From sequence record PZ379177.1: a stretch of 64,000 bases of DNA; one strand, given 5' to 3'. Made by a program: the position numbers and the translations under genes. The DNA comes from a phage. Every line of letters starts with the position of its first letter. Position 1 is the stretch's first letter. Shown here piece after piece: positions 19,389 through 28,601 of this stretch. Below the pieces are notes generated by a model. That model was not told the origin of the DNA, made no database searches, and was given only the letters and a program-made list of their open reading frames with translations.

Positions 19389-20849
19389 TCAAAGGTTAGA
19401 GAAGAAGCCGGATGCTGCAACAATTGGTTTCATCAACGCCATGATTGCTGCGTCCGCTTTGTTAGGCGATTTGACTCCACGCTTTGCCATATCCTTTTTC
19501 GATTCAACTTTAAACTTACCAAGCACAGACGTGTCTTTGCGCGGCGCTGACATCTCAAAAAGAAATGTCTCAATTTCTTCCGCAGACCAAGCAGGAATCC
19601 CAAGTTCTGGAATGCCGTCTGTGTCGATGGAAATCAGCTCATCAGTCGGGTATACGGCCTGCCCTGTTGCATACTCATATGTCTTCCTGAATCGTTCGGC
19701 AATCTCAGTCCATTTTTGCGCTTTTATGTTTGCGAAATGGTCTTTATTGAGTATTTCAACGTGTGGTAACTCAAGGAAGACGTCATCAGGATCATCAACA
19801 GCACCTTGCGCGTTGAACGCATTAAATTCGATTCTTGGGAATGTTGGATTTTCATGGATTGCATACTCATTAAGCTCATCAAATTTTGAACCAGCAAATG
19901 CACCAACACCGATGGCGTCATAGGTAATTGATGCGCCGAATGTTAATGCATCTTTCCAAACTCCGCTTGCGGACTTAAGCAATTCATCTTCCAGACCTTC
20001 CCATGTCTTGATGCCGCGCAATACGTTGCCCGTGACAAATGCTGTGGCGTTTAAGTCGTCGCCGTCGTCTGCCACGTCAAAGCCTATGCGGTTAGACCCT
20101 GACAAGCTCCATCCCAGCGTAGGGTGTTTGTGTAGGTTTAGCGCGGCCTTGACGAATGCACGGTTTATGACAGACTTGTCGCCGCCTGTCTTCGGTACTC
20201 CGCCATAAACGTGTTCTGCCTTTTTCGGGTCGCGCTCATACATGCCAGCAATAACGTCCAGCATTGTTTGCGACAAGAATGGATTGTCCTGCCAGTTAAT
20301 CTTCTTAACGATGGCGTTCTTCGGCGGTCGCATGACAAAGTTCTGGTAGACGAAATCAGCCTCTTCATCAGGGTTAAATATGATCCATATTTCGGACCCT
20401 TCCTTACGAATTGTCGGCTCAATAATGTCCCACTGCTCTTCAGTCAGCGCGTGCGCTTCCTCAAGCCAAAGAACATCAACGCCTTCTGTTGATTTGATTT
20501 CGTCAACGTTGCGTGCAATACCGTAAAATAAAAATTCAGATTTTGTTCTTTTGTGTTCAATAGAGTTCTTTAATAAGTTGAACTCGTCTTTAAAATCAGA
20601 AATCTCTATTTTGTCTTTTAATAGCGTATATACTGATTCAGAAATCTTGTTCTGGAATTGTCGGACGCAAAGGAATTTTAATTTAAAGTTTGCCGCCAAA
20701 TAAATAGCAAAACCAGCGGCATCATGCGATTTGGAAGATGCACGACCGCCGTATATTACTTTGTATCGCGCTTTCGTCTTCCAGACTTCTCTTAAAGCAG
20801 GATTCAACTGGTACATGACTTTCCAATTATGTGTTAATATTTTATTCAT
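19389..20849 (-). CDS. terL: terminase large subunit
   Basis: 486 aa; Walker A-like KVIYGGRASSKSHD near N-terminus, acidic nuclease-type C-terminal half. Confidence 0.8.
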   Translation of the reverse strand: MNKILTHNWKVMYQLNPALREVWKTKARYKVIYGGRASSKSHDAAGFAIYLAANFKLKFLCVRQFQNKISESVYTLLKDKIEISDFKDEFNLLKNSIEHKRTKSEFLFYGIARNVDEIKSTEGVDVLWLEEAHALTEEQWDIIEPTIRKEGSEIWIIFNPDEEADFVYQNFVMRPPKNAIVKKINWQDNPFLSQTMLDVIAGMYERDPKKAEHVYGGVPKTGGDKSVINRAFVKAALNLHKHPTLGWSLSGSNRIGFDVADDGDDLNATAFVTGNVLRGIKTWEGLEDELLKSASGVWKDALTFGASITYDAIGVGAFAGSKFDELNEYAIHENPTFPRIEFNAFNAQGAVDDPDDVFLELPHVEILNKDHFANIKAQKWTEIAERFRKTYEYATGQAVYPTDELISIDTDGIPELGIPAWSAEEIETFLFEMSAPRKDTSVLGKFKVESKKDMAKRGVKSPNKADAAIMALMKPIVAASGFFSNL

Positions 20850-20967
20850 ATTATAGTTTGCTTGCGACAGCTATATCAAGTAAAATTATGATTCCAGCTT
20901 AGTATTGGATAAAGGGTGATCTTTTCGGCCAGATTCTTTCTGGCCATTTTTTTATCAGGAGTAAATC

Positions 20968-21198
20968 ATGGCCCTAGTAAATATTCAACTCACTCCATCT
21001 TACACTTCCGTTCTTTCTGTTGCTGAAAACGTATCAGGCGCACTTATTCAAGTTCGCGGCGGTGCCGCAGAGATCTGTTTCGAAGAAAAAGCCGATGACA
21101 AGTTGATCGGAATAGCAGTTGTTGGCACGGTCACAATCCCGCCAGGCGTTGAGATTTTCGCGAAAGGAAGCGGCACATTAGTCGTGTCTTCTCACTAA
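20968..21198 (+). CDS. hypothetical protein
   Basis: 76-aa ORF preceded by AGGAG RBS. Confidence 0.4.
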   Translation: MALVNIQLTPSYTSVLSVAENVSGALIQVRGGAAEICFEEKADDKLIGIAVVGTVTIPPGVEIFAKGSGTLVVSSH

Positions 21199-21287
21199 TC
21201 ATTTGCCATGGACGGCATAAATTCACAAAAAGTTTGCCTTTCTGAAACTCTGCATTATAATCATATTAACTCAAAACCGGAGGTAAT

Positions 21288-21503
21288 ATGAAACTAATCG
21301 ACCGCGCCATCAAAGTCATTGATAATCACTCCACCGCGCTTGCTTTCGTGATGGGATTTTGTTTCACTGCTGCGTTTGGCGACGTTCACACATTCAAGTC
21401 TGTCATCTTGTGCTGGTCCATTTGGTCACTTATTTCTCTGGTTTTGATTCTTCCGATGACATGGCTTGTTCTTACTTGTCTGGAATCTCAAGGTGAAGAC
21501 TGA
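21288..21503 (+). CDS. small membrane protein
   Basis: 71 aa with two hydrophobic helices; RBS GGAGG upstream. Confidence 0.4.
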   Translation: MKLIDRAIKVIDNHSTALAFVMGFCFTAAFGDVHTFKSVILCWSIWSLISLVLILPMTWLVLTCLESQGED

Positions 21504-21724
21504 TGAGGCTATCAATCAAAGAGCGGGCAAAGCGACCCAAAAGGAGTGAGCCAAAGTCCAAATACACATGCATCGGCGGACCATTCGACGGTCAAGTGAT
21601 GTGGCTTTCAAAATCTAATCCATCGACGGTTGAGTTCAGCCTTCATGGAATGCGCGGCAGATACCTGCTAAATAGAGAAACAAGTGGCAGTACATTCGTG
21701 GAGTGGAAAGAAAATGGCAAATGA
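21503..21724 (+). CDS. hypothetical protein
   Basis: 73-aa basic ORF, start overlaps upstream stop. Confidence 0.4.
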   Translation: MRLSIKERAKRPKRSEPKSKYTCIGGPFDGQVMWLSKSNPSTVEFSLHGMRGRYLLNRETSGSTFVEWKENGK

Positions 21725-21947
21725 ATTGACTTTAACAGTACCAAAAGAAGTGCTAGACAAGGCATATGCAGATTCTGTAAAAGAATTGGCTGGAGTGCTT
21801 GGAATTGAAAATGAATTCAACGTTCAGCTGCAATTCCTTAAGGATACTCTTCAGATTAAAGAGAACAGAGAGGCGGGAAGTGGTGCGCCTTTAGCTTTAG
21901 CAATCCTCTATGCGGGACTTGTTTTGCAATCTGGAGATGAACTGTGA
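21714..21947 (+). CDS. hypothetical protein
   Basis: ORF trimmed to MANELT start with GTGGAAAG RBS. Confidence 0.4.
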   Translation: MANELTLTVPKEVLDKAYADSVKELAGVLGIENEFNVQLQFLKDTLQIKENREAGSGAPLALAILYAGLVLQSGDEL

Positions 21948-22143
21948 ATCGTTGGTGCAGTTGGAAGTTGAAACGTCTCGCCTGGGCCAATGCCGCCAAT
22001 TCTGCTGGCCCAATCACCGCTGGTGTTGGGTCGATATGGGATGGTGAGGGCCGTTGGGACTCGCTGTGTGGCACGCGCTTATTCTTTCGCGTAAAATAAT
22101 ATTCGCCCTTCCCACATCGGGAAGGGAATTTAAAGAGGTTATC

Positions 22144-22485
22144 ATGAACAACACTTTATCACAACTTCTAATATGGACCATCGCCGCTATCATCGGCACC
22201 GTTATTATGATGTCAAGTGCAAAGGCCGATACGGATATTTGCGGCAGACTTATGTCTGAGAATGGCGAGATTTATTATGGCAACTCAAAAGGTGATTATA
22301 TATCGACTGAAGTTTGCGCTCAGAAGAAAGCAGAAATGCAAAAGCAGTATCATGAAGATCAATCCATATCTCAGGCCGCGCTGATTGAATTAAGTATATC
22401 AGCCATCATCTTTCTAATCGTTTTTATGCTCATTATTAAACCAAATAATGACAGCAACCGTCATATTCCTCTCAAAAGAAATTAA
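22144..22485 (+). CDS. secreted/membrane protein
   Basis: ORF trimmed to MNNTLSQ start with AAAGAGG RBS; N-terminal signal-like helix and C-terminal hydrophobic helix. Confidence 0.45.
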   Translation: MNNTLSQLLIWTIAAIIGTVIMMSSAKADTDICGRLMSENGEIYYGNSKGDYISTEVCAQKKAEMQKQYHEDQSISQAALIELSISAIIFLIVFMLIIKPNNDSNRHIPLKRN

Positions 22486-22523
22486 GGCTATAATACGGTT
22501 GTCGACAAAACGAGGACCGTAAA

Positions 22524-24866
22524 ATGCCAAGGCTAATATTCAAAAACAACTTTGAGGTCGCGCTCGCTCAGCCAACGACGACTTCAAACACCACAATCAC
22601 AATTCGCTCAGGGTCGGGCTTTCCGACCTTGGGCGCAAACGAGCGTGTAGTGGCGACAATCGTTGACGCTGCAACAGGCCTCCAATTCGAAATCGTCACA
22701 GTAACAGCCGTTGTTGGAAACGTCCTGACCGTGCAGCGTGCACAAGAAGGAACTGCAGCGCGTGCATGGGCAGCTGGCGATTTACTTTCCATTCGAACAA
22801 CTGCCGCGACTTTGACGGGTACTGTCCGAAACTTTGGAGAGATTCCCTCAGGCATCAACCTTAATGCGCTTACTGGCAGCTGGTTCGGTCAGTATTATCA
22901 ACCTTCTAGTGGCGCAGCATCAACTGCGCTTAATTACCCACTCCAATCGTCTGGCGTGCTGGAAGTAATTCAAATTTCAGCAAATGCTTGCTCACAAAAA
23001 TACACTACCACAGTAGGTTTTGAATATAATAGAACATTTGATGGCGCATCATGGTCACCTTGGAAGAGGGTTTATAGCGAACTCGATGTAATCCCAGTCT
23101 CCAACGGTGGTACAGGTCAAACTACCATCCAAGGAATGAAGTCTGCTTTTGGATTCGGGCAAGTCGCTGATCAGAATATTGTTCCTACTTCGATGGGCGG
23201 CACAGGCTCAGCAGACAACGCTCAAGCATGGCTAAATATTCGTCCACAAGGCTCAACACCGCTTGCTGGCGACCCAGTTAACGACTATGATGCGACAACT
23301 AAGCGTTGGGTTGAGAACTTAGTTAACACAGGCACCGTTGGCCCAAGTATGAACGGCGTCATGAACTATGGTGTTGGTGATTTCCATCTTCGCAATAGTA
23401 GATCATATATTCAGCAATACGAAGTCGTTGCAGACGGGCAATTACTAAACCGTGCTGACTGGCCTGAACTTTGGGCATATGCACAGATGCTTTCACCCAT
23501 TGCAGATGCCGATTGGCTTGCGGATAAGTTCAAACGTGCAAAATATTCTTTAGGCAACGGAACAACGACATTCCGTGTCCCAGACCTTAACGGTGTCCAG
23601 ACAGGTTCTGTACGGGCGCTGTATGGGCGCGGCGATGGCGGAAACTCCACTGCGAACGGTCAAATATTCGAATCTGCCGCGCCAAACATCACAGGCTCAG
23701 CCGCAGGTGTATCGGCAGGCACTTATGCGCAAATTTTTGGCACAGCCGTCCGAGGTGCTTTTTACACAAACAATGATTTGTACCCTCAAGGCGCTGGCGA
23801 CACCATACCTGTTGGAAGCGGTGCAGTAGAGGGTCGTCTCAATACAATAAATATTGATGCATCCAGATCAAGCCCGATTTATGGAGCAGCAACTGACGAA
23901 ATCATGGGCCGCAACTTTGTAGGCATTTGGGTTATTCGTGCATCGGGCGGATTTGTTGCCGCGAATACGCAATGGCAAGTTATCAATGCTGATGCTGTTC
24001 GCCCAGGGTCTGGAGTGAAGGCATCTTCTGGACAGGTAAAGGCACAATACAAAATTGGGACGACAGTTGAAGCAGAAGCAGGATTGCGAAGCGATGCATA
24101 CATGGATGGTATGTATTACGCAATAATGTCTGTCTACAACAAAACAAAAGGTGTTACAAAGGAATTTGCATTTGGCGATGATGGAATGCTGAATGGTGAC
24201 AGATACACTGCAAGATATGGCACATTGATGGCTTGGAGTGAGACTGGTACTAGAAGGGGAACATTCTCGATTGAGAACCAGTCACTTGCGGCGAACTATG
24301 CATTCAATAGTCTGCTCAGTGGTGGGCAATCGGTATCAGCAGGATATTATACTTCTACACACTTTGGCATGATTCACAATGACGGTGGAAGCTTTGCTCA
24401 ATCGTGCTGGCACGTGGTTGGTGACGAAAACAACGGGTATGGTTGCCGATTGGCGATTCAACCAAACAACGATAACATATTCTTTTATCGTTGGGTGCCT
24501 GGTGATACCGCTACTTATACACTTGCAAAGAATGCTGTGTCTGATGAAAGGCTTAAATCTGATATCACTGATGTCTCTGTTGATAAGGCTTGGGCGAATA
24601 TTGCTGCGCTTAACTTTGTTAATTTCGTCTATAAGTCCGATGAACAGCAAAGGTTGCGGCGCGGCATCATAGCACAGCCTACAGAGTTAATTGAGCCTCT
24701 TTATGTTAAAACTCGTAAATTTTACGACGACAACAATGTGCAACAAGAGCAAAAGGAGCTTGACACAACTCCAATGCTTCTTGACACGATGCACGTGGTT
24801 CAGGAGTTGATGAAAAAGGTTGAGTCACTAGAGGCAGAGATAGCCGCGCTGAAATCAGCAAAATAA
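22524..24866 (+). CDS. tail fibre protein with C-terminal intramolecular chaperone (peptidase S74-type) domain
   Basis: 780 aa; C-terminal block SDERLKSDITDVS...ALNFVNFVYK...GIIAQ typical of auto-cleaving fibre chaperone domains. Confidence 0.7.
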   Translation: MPRLIFKNNFEVALAQPTTTSNTTITIRSGSGFPTLGANERVVATIVDAATGLQFEIVTVTAVVGNVLTVQRAQEGTAARAWAAGDLLSIRTTAATLTGTVRNFGEIPSGINLNALTGSWFGQYYQPSSGAASTALNYPLQSSGVLEVIQISANACSQKYTTTVGFEYNRTFDGASWSPWKRVYSELDVIPVSNGGTGQTTIQGMKSAFGFGQVADQNIVPTSMGGTGSADNAQAWLNIRPQGSTPLAGDPVNDYDATTKRWVENLVNTGTVGPSMNGVMNYGVGDFHLRNSRSYIQQYEVVADGQLLNRADWPELWAYAQMLSPIADADWLADKFKRAKYSLGNGTTTFRVPDLNGVQTGSVRALYGRGDGGNSTANGQIFESAAPNITGSAAGVSAGTYAQIFGTAVRGAFYTNNDLYPQGAGDTIPVGSGAVEGRLNTINIDASRSSPIYGAATDEIMGRNFVGIWVIRASGGFVAANTQWQVINADAVRPGSGVKASSGQVKAQYKIGTTVEAEAGLRSDAYMDGMYYAIMSVYNKTKGVTKEFAFGDDGMLNGDRYTARYGTLMAWSETGTRRGTFSIENQSLAANYAFNSLLSGGQSVSAGYYTSTHFGMIHNDGGSFAQSCWHVVGDENNGYGCRLAIQPNNDNIFFYRWVPGDTATYTLAKNAVSDERLKSDITDVSVDKAWANIAALNFVNFVYKSDEQQRLRRGIIAQPTELIEPLYVKTRKFYDDNNVQQEQKELDTTPMLLDTMHVVQELMKKVESLEAEIAALKSAK

Positions 24867-24873
24867 TTCACTC

Positions 24874-24900
24874 AAGGCGCTGAAAAGCGCCTTTACTTTA
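24874..24900 (+). terminator. rho-independent terminator
   Basis: hairpin AAGGCGCTGAAAAGCGCCTT followed by T-rich tract, 8 nt after tail-fibre stop. Confidence 0.5.
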
Positions 24901-24947
24901 TGCTCGATTAAGTTATACTCATTATACGTTAACAAGTGAGGTGGTTC

Positions 24948-25154
24948 ATGGAAATTAAAGTATTGTCCGATTTTGTGAAAAGTATCGAAGCCAAAGGCAT
25001 GACAATCAAGGCCAAAGGCAGTCTCGTTTGCATTGATAAGCAACAAAGCGATCAAAGTATATCACTTGATGATATCAAAACGATGCAAAAGCTCAATAAG
25101 AAAGGTGCTTTGCACGAGTTCTTAACGGATATTGGAGCAGTGGACAATGGATAA
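24948..25154 (+). CDS. hypothetical protein
   Basis: ORF trimmed to MEIKVL start with GAGGTGG RBS. Confidence 0.4.
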   Translation: MEIKVLSDFVKSIEAKGMTIKAKGSLVCIDKQQSDQSISLDDIKTMQKLNKKGALHEFLTDIGAVDNG

Positions 25155-25248
25155 AGAGGCACGGCGCTTTGCATTTTGGGGCACGGTTTGTGTTGTCTCC
25201 CTGTTTGGGATAGTTTACGCAATCATTCATGCTGCTGCGGCATAAATT

Positions 25249-25644
25249 ATGATCATCGATATTGAAAAGGCGCTTAAGCGTGAACTGACACCAGGCGCAA
25301 CTCCTGGTGAAGAAGCCTACTACCGACCAAAGTCGCAACGCACCAATGATATTCCGGTCGCCAAGCGTACAGTGAATAAAAACGGTCAGCGGTCGCGACC
25401 GCGCTCTATCCGGTCCGGTGAGAAGCTGAAAACGATTCGTCAGTGTCTACAACGCCTCGAAATCATGGGTTGTCGCGCTTATATCGACCCTGATGGAAAG
25501 GTTCTGGTGAGAATTGGCAATAGTACACAACTACAAGACGGATTGCCCTGCGGCGAATCCAGACCCATAGCCAAGACCGACCGTGTAGCTACTGGCCGCG
25601 AGATTGAGGAAAGTTGGTTGGGTGCTTTCTTATTAAAATATTGA
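25249..25644 (+). CDS. hypothetical protein
   Basis: 131-aa basic ORF. Confidence 0.4.
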   Translation: MIIDIEKALKRELTPGATPGEEAYYRPKSQRTNDIPVAKRTVNKNGQRSRPRSIRSGEKLKTIRQCLQRLEIMGCRAYIDPDGKVLVRIGNSTQLQDGLPCGESRPIAKTDRVATGREIEESWLGAFLLKY

Positions 25645-25651
25645 GGATTAT

Positions 25652-25849
25652 GTGAATCAAAATGAATCAGTAGCATTCTTACAATGGCTGGAAGGTGTGG
25701 TGGAGTATTACGCTCCAAAAGACCGCTTCATCTTTCAAGGAAAAAGTTACAAGCGCAAAGGGCAGGCCCAGAAAGCAGCGCGTAAGTACTGGAAGGAAGT
25801 TTATTCAGAGTTCTTTCAGCAGATGGGCAGCACAGTTGGTATCGATTGA
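25652..25849 (+). CDS. hypothetical protein
   Basis: 65-aa ORF. Confidence 0.4.
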   Translation: MNQNESVAFLQWLEGVVEYYAPKDRFIFQGKSYKRKGQAQKAARKYWKEVYSEFFQQMGSTVGID

Positions 25850-25944
25850 TGAATGTTGATTTCGTGATGTTTTTGATCATATTGGCGATAAGTTCAGTAT
25901 TTGTTGTCGCTATGATCGCGCTTATTGATTGGTTGGATAAATAA
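25849..25944 (+). CDS. small hydrophobic protein (31 aa), not in ORF track
   Basis: ATG shares its A with the upstream TGA stop; product MNVDFVMFLIILAISSVFVVAMIALIDWLDK is a single transmembrane helix. Confidence 0.3.
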   Translation: MNVDFVMFLIILAISSVFVVAMIALIDWLDK

Positions 25945-26602
25945 ATCGTGGTTTTGGTGATTTTGGTGATTTAACCGTGAATCGTGGGTCGCTGTGGCGG
26001 CCCTTTCTTTTGCCTGCCGCGCAGGAGTGTACTGCAAATTTACTGTGGGCACAAAATAGTACGGTACTGTCCAGGACTTTTTCTTTGAAAAGTTAGTGGA
26101 CCAAATGTGTCGTATTTTGATTAGTGTACTGCAAATTCCATCAAGTAGCAAAACGCACCAAAAGACCCATGCCATAAAAACCACACGAACGCAATAATCA
26201 ATCGCCGTTACAGTTTCCAGCGTTACAATTCGAAAGCGAATGATTCGATGCATAATAATATGAAGCATAATGATTCGAAAGCTAATGATTGCGTGTAGGA
26301 TAATATCGGTGGGGATTATTCTAGATGCATGTAATTTCGCATGCGTACTATTTTCGGACGAAGGGTCGGCATATTCCTCGTTTTAGTTCGGAACGAAGGG
26401 AAAGTTTTGCGCCTTTATAAAACAATGACTTACGCGACCCGCCCTAACGGTCCGATATAGGTGTCTATATAAAACAAGGACTTACGCGATGTTCTCCATT
26501 TAACGTAATACCCGTTATGCGAACTAAGGCGCATCTCGACGAAGATTATGCGACGACGAAGGGAAGGATAAAGGAGTTTTCGCGGAGAAGCGCATCGAGA
26601 TA

Positions 26603-26634
26603 GGGACGAAGAAAAGCCGCGACTAAGCGCGGCC
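26603..26634 (-). terminator. rho-independent terminator closing the leftward arm of the atypical cassette
   Basis: minus-strand hairpin GCCGCGCTTAGTCGCGGC followed by TTTTCTTCG, about 20 nt after the 26654 stop. Confidence 0.4.
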
Positions 26635-26653
26635 TATTAGTAACGGAAGGGTA

Positions 26654-26944
26654 TTATAAGGAAACGATTTTAAAGAAAGAGTAACGGCCTTCGCCTTCGG
26701 ATACCGCGAGATATTCGCCGCCGAACTCCGTAGCAAAATAAACCTTGCCTTCGATAGTAACGCGGAAGGTAGAAATATCTTCCTCTTCGAGTTCCGTAAA
26801 TTCGCTAAAATCGATAGGACTATGAAGCTCCTCGATAGTCGCATCTACGTTAAAGAGATAAACGTTTTTAAGTTTTTCGCCAAATACGTTAGAGTTTTCG
26901 GAAGTTTCGGCGCGAGCGTTACGGATAGCGGCTAAAGTAATCAT
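26654..26944 (-). CDS. hypothetical small acidic protein (cassette gene 1)
   Basis: 96 aa; AGGAGATTATTATG initiation context; CG-rich codon usage unlike flanking phage genes. Confidence 0.55.
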   Translation of the reverse strand: MITLAAIRNARAETSENSNVFGEKLKNVYLFNVDATIEELHSPIDFSEFTELEEEDISTFRVTIEGKVYFATEFGGEYLAVSEGEGRYSFFKIVSL

Positions 26945-27045
26945 AATAATCTCCTAGTTGGGTCGGGAGGGTAGCGACCTATTCGCTACCTCATCCCCTC
27001 TCGATATAAAACATTATAGTCTTAGTGTACGAAGAAGTAAAGCAC
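26945..27045 (-). promoter_or_regulatory. sigma70-type promoter plus structured 5' UTR for cassette gene 1
   Basis: minus strand TTTACT-N17-TATAAT, then hairpin GGTAGCGA-ATAGG-TCGCTACC, then AGGAG RBS. Confidence 0.5.
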
Positions 27046-27052
27046 TTTTTCA

Positions 27053-27355
27053 TTATTCTGCGATAAAATATTTATAAGCTTTATCGCCTTCTACGTCGAT
27101 ATACTCGACGATAATTAACGCTTCGCCGCGAGGCGTAACCGTCTCGATAAGGGTAACGGCTTCGTCGTCGGTCTTCGCGAAGCGGATGGCGCTACGTTCG
27201 GCATACTTCATATCGTCGAAGGAAAGGCCGATGAAGGCGACCGCGCGGACCTTAATGGCGCTAGATTCTAGTTCCGCGTTAACGGCGGCGATAAGAGAGC
27301 GAACAGTTAAGCGGTCTTCGTCGTAAGTAAGGATGGAAGAGATTAAAGTAGTCAT
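27053..27355 (-). CDS. hypothetical small acidic protein (cassette gene 2)
   Basis: ORF trimmed to MTTLISS start with GGGAGCTTTATTATG context; same atypical codon style. Confidence 0.55.
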   Translation of the reverse strand: MTTLISSILTYDEDRLTVRSLIAAVNAELESSAIKVRAVAFIGLSFDDMKYAERSAIRFAKTDDEAVTLIETVTPRGEALIIVEYIDVEGDKAYKYFIAE

Positions 27356-27396
27356 AATAAAGCTCCCGATGCTAGTAGAAGAAAGGGCCATCGCCC

Positions 27397-27579
27397 GTCT
27401 CGATATAAACAAGTATACGCGAGTGTACGAAGAAGTAAAGAAAAAAGATAAAATAATTTATCGCATTTTTATCTAAAAAGTGCTTTACTTTTTTCTACAC
27501 TATATTATAATGTACTCATATCGGGACGGGATGAGTTAACGAATAGGTCGTTAACGCCTCTCCCAACTAGGAGTTTATT
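27397..27579. promoter_or_regulatory. divergent promoter pair with central palindromic operator and structured 5' UTR
   Basis: leftward TTTACT-N16-TATACT; rightward TTTACT-N16-TATAAT; between them AGATAAAA-N13-TTTTATCT; rightward UTR hairpin GTTAACGA-ATAGG-TCGTTAAC then AGGAG RBS. Confidence 0.5.
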
Positions 27580-27894
27580 ATGGCTATCGTTACCCGCTTT
27601 ACCCTCGAAAACGCAACCGCCGAAGTCCAGGGCGTTACGCTTACTTACGGCGAAATTCTCGCTAAATTCTCCGGCGTTCGCTTAGGCGAAGAAATTAACG
27701 ACGCGACGGTAATCGAGCAACTCGCTGCTTCTCGCTTAGAGCGCGACGAAAACGGATTCTTCGAAGTCGATGCGGAATTAAATTTATGCGGTAAAACGGC
27801 GTTTATTAACGAGTTCGAACTCGCCGTTTTAGTTAATTACGATAGCAAAGCTTACGCCTTCGCCCTCGAATTAATCGAAGACGACGAAGAGTAA
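27580..27894 (+). CDS. hypothetical small acidic protein (cassette gene 3)
   Basis: 104 aa, acidic C-terminus IEDDEE; AGGAGTTTATTATG context. Confidence 0.6.
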   Translation: MAIVTRFTLENATAEVQGVTLTYGEILAKFSGVRLGEEINDATVIEQLAASRLERDENGFFEVDAELNLCGKTAFINEFELAVLVNYDSKAYAFALELIEDDEE

Positions 27895-27974
27895 GAGAGG
27901 ATTTTTAGAGCGTCGTGCGCGGCGCTTTAATAAAATTCTTTCGCGCCTAGCGCCCTAACAAATAGGAGTTTATT

Positions 27975-28601
27975 ATGGTTAGCTTAAATCGCTTTTCTAC
28001 TAGCGGCGACGTTATCGCAACTAAGACCGCCGACCTCGTTGCATTCTATAATGCAAATTCCGGCTCAAAACCGATTAAGAAGTTTGCGGACCGCCGGACC
28101 GCCGAGACTCGCGTAATCGCGTTAATCGAGTCCTTAAACGCGCTCGATGCGCCGTCCAACGAGTCGCCCATCCCCGACGCGAAGGCGCGCGAGGAAGTGT
28201 CCAGCGATGTAAAAACTCATAAGGCGCGTGCGGTCGTTAAAAAGGCTGAGCCGACCCAGGAAGAACTCGACGCGATGACCGACGAAGAATATGAAGCCTT
28301 CGTTAAGAGCGGTTTAAATGATAGTGCAAATTGCGTAGTGCAAAATGGAACTCCTTCCCATCGCCGTTCGAATAGCGAAGGTATTGCAAAAAGCTGGGAT
28401 AATAAGGAAGTGGCGCAAAAGCGTCTCACCCGTAACGGTGTCATGGTCGAGGGTGTAGGCGAGTTCAAATCGGTCCGCGTAGCGTTCGCTGCGCTGGGAT
28501 TACCGGATAGCAAGCACATTCGCTTCCGCATGAAGCTTAAGGAAGCTGGGCGCTTGAACTTCGAGTTCGGCAACAAGTCCTACACCTTCCAGATTATCTA
28601 A
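27975..28601 (+). CDS. hypothetical protein (cassette gene 4)
   Basis: 208 aa; identical AGGAGTTTATTATG context; contains two ATAGTGCAAAT-type motif copies in its coding sequence. Confidence 0.6.
   Translation: MVSLNRFSTSGDVIATKTADLVAFYNANSGSKPIKKFADRRTAETRVIALIESLNALDAPSNESPIPDAKAREEVSSDVKTHKARAVVKKAEPTQEELDAMTDEEYEAFVKSGLNDSANCVVQNGTPSHRRSNSEGIAKSWDNKEVAQKRLTRNGVMVEGVGEFKSVRVAFAALGLPDSKHIRFRMKLKEAGRLNFEFGNKSYTFQII

Noticed and set aside
20918-20945. Hairpin GGCCAGATTCTTTCTGGCC followed by a T-run between terminase start and the first rightward gene
   Set aside because: On the plus strand it would terminate transcripts that have no upstream gene; on the minus strand it lies upstream of the terminase start. 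Orientation and function are ambiguous, so it was not called as a terminator.
25894-26268. 124-aa minus-strand ORF in the non-coding region after the tail-fibre block
   Set aside because: No RBS; the region is repeat-rich and lies between terminators and promoters; the product is hydrophobic low-complexity. Treated as spurious.
26623-26844. 73-aa minus-strand ORF overlapping cassette gene 1 in another frame
   Set aside because: It is an alternative-frame shadow of 26654..26944, which has the strong AGGAG RBS and promoter; there is no independent start signal.
28217-28576. 119-aa minus-strand ORF antisense to cassette gene 4
   Set aside because: Antisense shadow of a gene with clear initiation signals on the plus strand; no RBS of its own.
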